Shown here one piece after another: positions 56,926 to 64,000 of a stretch of 64,000 bases of DNA; position 1 is the first letter of the stretch, and the number at the start of each line of letters is the position of its first letter. Position numbers and translations under genes: made by a program. This stretch comes from Longimicrobiales bacterium (GTDB lineage: Bacteria; Gemmatimonadota; Gemmatimonadetes; Longimicrobiales; Gaopeijiaceae): contig OZ241892.1 of the NCBI GenBank assembly GCA_965203485.1, forward strand, positions 2,336,001 through 2,400,000. Reading direction: 5' to 3'. Below the pieces are notes generated by a model. That model saw only the letters and a program-made list of their open reading frames with translations. It searched no databases and was not told the origin of the DNA.

Positions 56926-59900
56926 GGCCGGGACGGGTTGCCCGGCGCCGGCGGCCGTCGGTCGCCGGCTGGGACGGGCGTCTGCGCGGGGCCGGTGTCC
57001 TTCGGCGGCCTGGGCCGCGTCATCTTCAGCGTCTTCCCGCCGAAGAACTCGGAGCCGCTGCGCTCGACTTGGTGGGCGCCGGCGTGCAAGTAGTCAAGCA
57101 CGGCTTGGTCCCACGACAGCCCGGCCTTCGCAACCAGCTCGAGCCATTCGCCGTGGGCGGTCTCGTCGGGAGCCTCCGTGACGCCGCTCCAAATGGTCAC
57201 CTTGGGGTTGAGTCTCCTGCCCTCTCCGCCGGCCCGCGAACCCTTCAGCGGCATCTCGATCAGCACGCTGTCGGTCATCGGCAGGCGGAACACGTCCGGA
57301 TCGAAGGCGGCCCCGTAGCGGCGGTAGCGGGCGTAGTTGCGCTGGTTCATCTCGAAGACGTCGCGGTTCGAGTTGATCGCTGCCGTAATGTAGCCGCGCA
57401 ACCTGAACGCGGCGTCCTTGTGGCGCGGCAGCGACGGGTCGTCCACGTATCCGAAGCCGGGCATGAACCAGCCCTTGTTGAAGCCCCAGTTGCGCTCGGT
57501 CACGCGGCCGCGGCGCACCAAGCCGCTGTACTCCGAGAACAACTGCACGACCTGGTGGCTGGGGTAGCCGTGCGGGTTCAGGAAGACGTCGGGCAACCAG
57601 CTGCGCCAGAGCCGGCCGCGCACCCGCGCTTCGGGGTAGATGGGGAAGTCCTCGTCCGCGCCGGAAGTCGCGTCCACGCCGAGCGCGCCCAAGTAGCCCG
57701 CATGCAGGATGTAGTCGGGCGTGACGCGGTACAAGTCGTACGCGAGCTGCGCGCCGTCGGGATTGGTGAACGGGTGCACGACGACGTTCACCTTGTTCAG
57801 CTTGCGCCGCTGGGCGGAGTCGGCCAGGAGGAGCTCGGCGTGGCGAAGGACGTGGCTCGTGGACGACACCTCGTTCGCATGCTGGCGGGCGGAATAGAGG
57901 GCAGTGGGCTTGAAGGTCGTCGCCTTGGCCCGCGACCAGTGGCTCGCGGCGACGGGGGTCATCAGGTCCATCGCCCAGATCGCGCGGCCGAGGTAGCTCT
58001 CGCCGACCCTGTACATGGTTGCGTGCTCGAACGCCCGGCTCAGCTTCGCCATCATCTGGTGGCCCTCGTCGGGCGGTATCGGCTCGTCCCACTGAACGAC
58101 GCGGCCGCCGTCGTAGGTCCACCCGTCCGGCAGCAGGTCCGCCCACGAGGGATGCGCGGCGGGCGACCCGTTGGCTGGAAGCGTGGCGGCGGTGCGCGAT
58201 TCAGGGTCCTGCCGGTGCGTCCACTCGGCCCAGACGCCGACGTCGCCCACCTCGTCGTAGGCGAGGGCCCCGGTGTAGAGGCCGTGCTCGCGCAACTCGG
58301 CCAAGTTGGCGAGTACGGCCGCCACTTGCTCGGCCGAGATCATCCGCTCGTCCACTTGCTCGGGCGGCGCCAGCGCCAGATGGGACGCGCGCTCGTCGAG
58401 TTCGGTGTCCACGCGCACCCGGAAGTCGAGCCGGGAGAGCCGCGGCGACTCGGGCGCCACCACGGCGCGGCGAAGGCTGGGACGCTCCATGGCGATCTTG
58501 GGAACGTCGAGGCGCTCCCGCCCCGTGGTTCCGTCTCGCCTGGTGTAGCGGACGACGACGGCCGGACGGTTGGTGGCGAAGCCGGTGAACGCGATGCGCC
58601 CCTGCCCCGGCCCGCCGTGGCCGCGGGGCCGCATGACGGGCACGACGCGTCCCGGATAGGTCAGTTCTGGGCCGCGCGCGTTGCGTCCGATCAGCTGAAA
58701 GAACTCGATCGTGCCGAAGTAAATCTCCTCGTGGAGCGCGTCCATCGTGGATGCGATCTCGTTGTCCACGCCCAAACGGTAGTCGGGCTCGCTCATCTCG
58801 AGCTCCACCACGAGCGAGCCGAACAACGGCGCGTCCAGCCCGCCGCCTCGGGGGGCGCCGTCGTGGCGGTCCATGACGTAGTCGTAGACGGCGGGCAGCG
58901 TCCGTGCCTGGAAGCGGTCCCAGAACCACTCCGGGTCGGTGAGGATGCGCTCGTTCGCAAGGGTGTCGGGCTGCGCGGCAACCGAGGCGTGGGCGACGGC
59001 GCGGAACCAGCCCGTGGTGACGCGAACCTGCTCGTAGTCGCGGAAGCGATCGAAGTAGGGACGGAGAACCCAGACGGGATCGAAGGCGTCCTCGAGCAGC
59101 GGCGCCCCGGCGGGGCCGACGGCGCGGACCCGGTAGACCGCGTCGGCGGAGTCGGTCATCTCGAAGCGGATCTGCTCCGTCTCGATTCCCAGGTCGGCGG
59201 CGAGAAGTTCGTCCGCGGGAAAGAGTTCGTGGAGCCAGCGCACCGGCGTGTGGATGGCCTGCTGAGGCCATTCCGGGGGCGGGTCGTTGCGGAGGAATTC
59301 GACGACGATCTCCGCGACCGCGCTGCCGCGAAGGCGGGGGACGACGGACTCGCGCAACCACGAGAGTCCCTGCTTGAAGGCGGACAGCACGAGAACCTTC
59401 GATTCGGGGGACGCGCCCGCGGCCAGCAGGCGGCGCTCGGCCTCGTCCTCGATCTTCCGGCGGACGGCGGGCGGCTCCGACAGCCGCGCCTCGACCTCGA
59501 CGCGGGCGCCGGGCGACAGGCGTCCGAGCACACGCGCCTCGAACGCCGACCAGAAGCGGTCCACTTCGGACGGGACTTGGAAGGTGTCCTTGAAGATCGT
59601 GGCGGCCCGCTCCACGTCGCGGTTGTCGATTTCGACCGCGGCCTCGTCCGCGCCCAACGCGGCGGCGCGCCGGGCCACGACGTCGGCGAGGCCGGGATCG
59701 GGGTCGTCGAGCGAGACCAGCACGTCGGCCCGCACCAAGTCCTCGGCGGCCAGGTCGGCGGCGATGCGGTCCAGCTTGTAGAGGGCGGCGGCCGCCTGCC
59801 CCGCAGGCAACCGGCCGGACAGGAAGGCCCAAAGGTCGCGTTCAGCGTCGTCGAAGACCGGCAGGCCGTCGCCGCGCTCGGCCACGTGGGGGAAGACCTG

Positions 59901-61529
59901 CGCCAGCCGCCGGGCCGCCAAGGCCGCTCCCGCGCTGTCCGGGCCGGTCGCGACCAAGCTCGGCTTGCCGCCGAACGCCTCGGGCACGAGCTCCAGCAAG
60001 CCGTGGCCGGGCGGCACGTCCGCCAACGCGACCTTGCCGCTGTCGGCGAGCTCGGCCACCAGCGGATGGGCGGCGCCGACGAGGACGGTGGTCGGCCGGC
60101 GGGCAAGCGGTCCGAGTTCCGAACTGCGCAGGACGAGCGGCACCACCAAGCCGGCGGACTCCAGGCCGATGCGGGCCGCCAGGCCGACGATCTCCGCGCC
60201 TTCGGACGGCACGATCGCCACGTCGACGCGGTCGGGGATCTCGTTGTCGTCGGAGTCCCCGAGGAAACCGTCCGTGCTGTACGTGTTGGAGAGGTCCAGC
60301 GCCTTCTTCGCCGCCGTGCCGGGCCGCCCTGGGACGGGGCCGGGAGGCGTGGCCGCGAGGGTGGGCAGCACGATCTCGTCGTCCGCGTAGGACAGCGCAA
60401 TCGACGCCAGCCGCCGGAAGCGCAGGCTGGCGGAGTCGGGCTGGGAGTCCGGCGCGCGGCGACGGGCGGCCGCCAGTTCCCGGAGTTCGGCGTACCAAGC
60501 CTGGGTCGCGGCGGGGCCGGCGGCGCCCGGGCGGACAATGCCCCCGAGGCGGACGGCGCCGCCGGGTTCCGCCACGGCGCGGGTGAACACGATGGTCGGG
60601 CGAGCAGGCGCGGCGCCGAGGGGAGCGGTCGTGGAGGCGGGGGAGCCGCGCGCGCCGAGCTCGGGGGCGGGCGGCGACGTGGGGAACATGGCCGAGCGGT
60701 GCGTGCCGGGCTCGGGAACGGCGGCGGACCCAGCGGATGCCGTGGGCGGATTGCGGCTGGGCGCTGCGGATTCTGCCGTGTCGCGCGCGGCCGGACCGAG
60801 CGTGTCGGACGCCGCGCCGGCCGTCAGCTCGAGACCGATCTCGGCCAGCGATGGGCCCGAGAGGCTGCCGACGTGCGGAAGCTGGCCAGCCACGAGGCGC
60901 GCGGCCCGCAGAAGGCCGTCCTCGTCCGCGCCGAAGACGGCGACCCAGCGGCGCGCCGGACTGCCCGTCTCCGCCACCGCCACCGCGCCCTCTCCTTGGA
61001 CCAGCGGCTCCACGCCGAAGTCCTCGGGCGACAGCCCGGCCTCGGCGAGCGCGGGCCGACCAACCAGCACCGCCACTCGGCCGGGCGACGCGACCCGCGG
61101 CAGCGGCAAGTCCAGGGCAGTGGTCTCGAAGCCCAGGCGGGCGGCAATCTCGGCGGCGGCGGCGCGCGCGGCGAGCGTCGGCGCGCGGCCCGCGACGATC
61201 GCCGCTCCGAGCCGGTCCGGCACGCCGTCTTCGTTCTCGTCGCGGAGCAGCGAACGGCCGGCGGCGGCGCGCGCGCCGACCTCGAACAGGTCCGCCAAGC
61301 CGAACGGCTCGGGCTCCTGCCGGCGAACGGTCCGAGTCGCCGAACGGCGCTTCGACGAGTTCGCCGACCGTCTCTCCGCGTCTCCCCGGCCGTCCTCGGG
61401 CGGCGGCGGCGCGAGGACGACACCGGCCCCGCCGGAGTCGCCCGCTCCGACCGGAACCACCGTGGACGCGCCGGCTCCAACGGTTGCCGCCAAGGCAAGC
61501 GCGGCCCCCGCCTTCCGTCCGCGCGTCAC
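56922..61529 (-). CDS. Very large exported M14 family metallopeptidase (~1535 aa)
   Basis: C-terminal RQHANE, NPDG, LNPHG; signal-like N-terminus. Confidence 0.8.
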   Translation of the reverse strand: MTRGRKAGAALALAATVGAGASTVVPVGAGDSGGAGVVLAPPPPEDGRGDAERRSANSSKRRSATRTVRRQEPEPFGLADLFEVGARAAAGRSLLRDENEDGVPDRLGAAIVAGRAPTLAARAAAAEIAARLGFETTALDLPLPRVASPGRVAVLVGRPALAEAGLSPEDFGVEPLVQGEGAVAVAETGSPARRWVAVFGADEDGLLRAARLVAGQLPHVGSLSGPSLAEIGLELTAGAASDTLGPAARDTAESAAPSRNPPTASAGSAAVPEPGTHRSAMFPTSPPAPELGARGSPASTTAPLGAAPARPTIVFTRAVAEPGGAVRLGGIVRPGAAGPAATQAWYAELRELAAARRRAPDSQPDSASLRFRRLASIALSYADDEIVLPTLAATPPGPVPGRPGTAAKKALDLSNTYSTDGFLGDSDDNEIPDRVDVAIVPSEGAEIVGLAARIGLESAGLVVPLVLRSSELGPLARRPTTVLVGAAHPLVAELADSGKVALADVPPGHGLLELVPEAFGGKPSLVATGPDSAGAALAARRLAQVFPHVAERGDGLPVFDDAERDLWAFLSGRLPAGQAAAALYKLDRIAADLAAEDLVRADVLVSLDDPDPGLADVVARRAAALGADEAAVEIDNRDVERAATIFKDTFQVPSEVDRFWSAFEARVLGRLSPGARVEVEARLSEPPAVRRKIEDEAERRLLAAGASPESKVLVLSAFKQGLSWLRESVVPRLRGSAVAEIVVEFLRNDPPPEWPQQAIHTPVRWLHELFPADELLAADLGIETEQIRFEMTDSADAVYRVRAVGPAGAPLLEDAFDPVWVLRPYFDRFRDYEQVRVTTGWFRAVAHASVAAQPDTLANERILTDPEWFWDRFQARTLPAVYDYVMDRHDGAPRGGGLDAPLFGSLVVELEMSEPDYRLGVDNEIASTMDALHEEIYFGTIEFFQLIGRNARGPELTYPGRVVPVMRPRGHGGPGQGRIAFTGFATNRPAVVVRYTRRDGTTGRERLDVPKIAMERPSLRRAVVAPESPRLSRLDFRVRVDTELDERASHLALAPPEQVDERMISAEQVAAVLANLAELREHGLYTGALAYDEVGDVGVWAEWTHRQDPESRTAATLPANGSPAAHPSWADLLPDGWTYDGGRVVQWDEPIPPDEGHQMMAKLSRAFEHATMYRVGESYLGRAIWAMDLMTPVAASHWSRAKATTFKPTALYSARQHANEVSSTSHVLRHAELLLADSAQRRKLNKVNVVVHPFTNPDGAQLAYDLYRVTPDYILHAGYLGALGVDATSGADEDFPIYPEARVRGRLWRSWLPDVFLNPHGYPSHQVVQLFSEYSGLVRRGRVTERNWGFNKGWFMPGFGYVDDPSLPRHKDAAFRLRGYITAAINSNRDVFEMNQRNYARYRRYGAAFDPDVFRLPMTDSVLIEMPLKGSRAGGEGRRLNPKVTIWSGVTEAPDETAHGEWLELVAKAGLSWDQAVLDYLHAGAHQVERSGSEFFGGKTLKMTRPRPPKDTGPAQTPVPAGDRRPPAPGNPSRP

Positions 61530-64000
61530 CGTCGCTCCAGGCGCGCTTCGGCGATCACCGCCCCTTCCTGCATGCGGTCCACCACGTCCATGCCTTCGAC
61601 CACCTCGCCCAGGATCGTGTAGTTGAAGTCCAGCCGGACGTTGTCGACCAAGTTGACGAATATCTGAGCGTCCCCCGTGTCGCGGCCCCGCGTGGACAGG
61701 CCGACCGTGCCTCGCCAATGCGGCTGCCCGGAGATCTCGTCGCGGCTGTACGGGCCGTCGCCCGCGTACTCGTTTGCGTGGGGACTTCCGCCTTGGACGA
61801 CGAAGTTGGGCACCACGCGGTGGAAGGTGAGGCCGTCGAAGTAGCCGGACCGGGCGAGGCGGGCGAAGCGGTCGGCGTTGGTCGCGGCCAAGTCCGGACG
61901 CAGTGCGATCACGACGTCGCCGAGCCCCTCCATGCGCAACCGGACCGACGAGCGCGCGAGTTCCCGCAACCGTTCGGCGCTGGGCGGTGGGGCGAGCGGG
62001 AAAGGCGCGGGCGCGGGCGCCGGCCGGACTTCGCCCAGCTCGGCGATCAGGTCCGCGGCCCTCCGGGCAACGACGGAGTCGAAGTCCGCGAGGTAGGGAT
62101 CGACGTCGGCGGCGGCGTATCCTCCCAGTCGCTCGACGCCTCCGAGCAACGCCGTCCGCGCGTCCCTCAGGGTCTCGCGCTCGAGAGCCGTGAAGCGCGC
62201 CAGCGCGGCAAGGAGCTCCGAGAGAAGCGACTCCGCGGAGGGGGGCGGCTGGACGGCAGGGGAAGATTCGGCGGCGATGCCGGAGCCGGGCGGCGCGGCG
62301 CGGGGGACGTCGCCGGCCGGCGAGTTGCCGGGCGGGGAAGCGCCGGAGTCCGGCGGCGAAGCGGTGGACCGCAAGCCGGCGGCGGGCGGGGCGTCCAAGG
62401 CGCCGTGCTCCGCCAGAAGGGCCACGGCGGTCATGACCAGCTGGGCGTCGTCGGCTTGGAGTTGCCGGGCGTAGACGTCCAGCGCGCGGGCGCCCGAGAC
62501 GGCTCCGAGCCCGCGCGCGGCGGCCTCCCGCACGTTGGGGTCGGCGTCGGCGGACAGAGCGAGCAACGTCTCGGCGTCCCCGGCCCGGGCGGCGGCGCGG
62601 GCGACCCAGGCGCGGGCGAACGGCGACGGGTGGCTGCGGTTGGCGGCGATCGCAGGCGCGGCCGCGCCAGGGGCCACGGCCGCCAGCGACGCCAGGGCGC
62701 GGGCGGGCAACTGCCAGCCGTCGCGCTCCGGGTCGCGCGGCCCACCGCCGGGGCGCCGGCGGTCCAGCCGGGCGGCCAGCGCCGCGAGCGCTTCCGTCTG
62801 GGCGGCCGGCTCCGGGCAGGGAGCGGCGGCCAGATCGACCGCGACGGCCGCCACGCGCGGATCAGCGTCGGCCAAGCCTTCGAAAATCGCGGCGCACCCA
62901 GCGGCGGGCCGCACCCAGCGGTCGTGGGCGCGCAGGGCTTCCACCCGCACCCTCGGATCGGCATCGGCCAGCGCCGCCGTCACGACTTCGCGTCCCCCGA
63001 GCCCGCTGGCCGCCGCCGCCAGCGCGACGGCCCGGCGCACGCCCCAGTCCTCGTCGCCAAGCGCCGTCAGGGCGCCTCCGTCCGCAAACGCGCCGATCAC
63101 GTCCGCATGCCGTCGCCGGTCCGCCTCGTCGGCCTCGCGATTCGGGAGCTCGTCCACGGCGCGACCCAGCGTCGGCGCCGACCCGCCGCCGCGACCGGCC
63201 CATGCCTTCGCGTCCGCGCCCGCCCAGCGCTCGGCCTCGCGGGCCACGACCGTCGTTGCCAAGCGCCTGACCCGGGCGGCCGTTCGGGCGTCCCCGGCAA
63301 CGCGCAGGCCACGCAACCCGTCCACGGCCTCGAGGAGCGGCGCCTCCAACGGATGCTCGGGCGCCGTCCGCGTCAGCGCCTCGGCTCCGCGCGCCAGCCC
63401 GAGCCGCGCGGCGAGTCCAACGTCGTTCTCCACAGCCGAGAGCAGGGCAGCGATGCCCGCCAGCGCGTGTTCCGCGAAGAGCCGGATGCGGTCGGCGCTC
63501 GTGCGGACTACCGCCAGGTGACCGATTCGATCCGCATCTTCCGGGACGAACGCCGCCGCCCACGCAGAAGGTGCGAAGTCCCCGCCTGCGGTGGCCGCCA
63601 GCGCCTCCGCCACGACCGCCCGTTCCGTCTCCGCGACCGCGCGCAACCGACCCAGGTTTGCGGCGATGGCGCCCAGCACGTGGGGAGCGTCCTCCCGCCC
63701 GGCTCGCGCCGCCAGCGCGTCCGCCGCGGTGGCCCGATCGCGCAGGATGGCGGCGACGCCGCGCAGCACGTGCAGATCGTCCTCCCGCTCGGCTCGCGCC
63801 GTCGGAGCCCCCCTGCGAAAGACCGCCTGCGCCACGGCCGTGGCCGCCTCCTCCCGCACCCAGTCGTCCGGGTCCTCCAGCATCGGCACGATGCGGTCGA
63901 GCAACGCGGGGTCTTCCAGCCGGCCCAGCGCGCGCACGGCGAAGCGGCGCACGTCCGGGTCCTCGCTCTCGAGGTGCACGAGCACGCGTTCGAGTCCCCT
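61526..64000 (-). CDS. HEAT-repeat protein with C-terminal cyclophilin-type PPIase (5' end outside window)
   Basis: D.D..VR repeats; FHRVVPNFVVQGG, RDTGDAQIF. Confidence 0.88.
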   Translation of the reverse strand, partial: RGLERVLVHLESEDPDVRRFAVRALGRLEDPALLDRIVPMLEDPDDWVREEAATAVAQAVFRRGAPTARAEREDDLHVLRGVAAILRDRATAADALAARAGREDAPHVLGAIAANLGRLRAVAETERAVVAEALAATAGGDFAPSAWAAAFVPEDADRIGHLAVVRTSADRIRLFAEHALAGIAALLSAVENDVGLAARLGLARGAEALTRTAPEHPLEAPLLEAVDGLRGLRVAGDARTAARVRRLATTVVAREAERWAGADAKAWAGRGGGSAPTLGRAVDELPNREADEADRRRHADVIGAFADGGALTALGDEDWGVRRAVALAAAASGLGGREVVTAALADADPRVRVEALRAHDRWVRPAAGCAAIFEGLADADPRVAAVAVDLAAAPCPEPAAQTEALAALAARLDRRRPGGGPRDPERDGWQLPARALASLAAVAPGAAAPAIAANRSHPSPFARAWVARAAARAGDAETLLALSADADPNVREAAARGLGAVSGARALDVYARQLQADDAQLVMTAVALLAEHGALDAPPAAGLRSTASPPDSGASPPGNSPAGDVPRAAPPGSGIAAESSPAVQPPPSAESLLSELLAALARFTALERETLRDARTALLGGVERLGGYAAADVDPYLADFDSVVARRAADLIAELGEVRPAPAPAPFPLAPPPSAERLRELARSSVRLRMEGLGDVVIALRPDLAATNADRFARLARSGYFDGLTFHRVVPNFVVQGGSPHANEYAGDGPYSRDEISGQPHWRGTVGLSTRGRDTGDAQIFVNLVDNVRLDFNYTILGEVVEGMDVVDRMQEGAVIAEARLERR

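Overview
Very GC-rich bacterial chromosome segment. The gene set and order suggest Gemmatimonadota (inference only). Two parts. (1) 1-7213 is a + strand accessory island: a 5'-truncated cytochrome P450 and a lasso-peptide-type maturation set (HPr-kinase-like kinase, asparagine-synthetase-like cyclase, PqqD/RRE B1, nucleotidyltransferase, B2 leader peptidase), interspersed with decayed gene fragments. No canonical precursor was found. (2) 7272-64000 is mostly minus-strand housekeeping operons with 4-nt start/stop overlaps (pta-coaD-rsmD-recJ-dnaG-mutS2, dnaJ-hrcA-hemW-dprA-obgE, S41-tmk-ino1-prmC-prfA, lolA-ftsK-accBC-efp-aroQ, metG, peptidases). The strongest hidden signal is an OsmC/Ohr-like gene (42230-42721, minus) that the ORF track splits. 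Its catalytic-Cys position is an in-frame TGA followed by a SECIS-like hairpin, i.e. a probable selenoprotein, coupled to split XdhC and MocA-like Mo-cofactor maturation genes. Also seen: MutS2 without Smr domain, and Zn-ligand loss in DnaG and MetRS. Start codons were chosen by eye; no searches were run.
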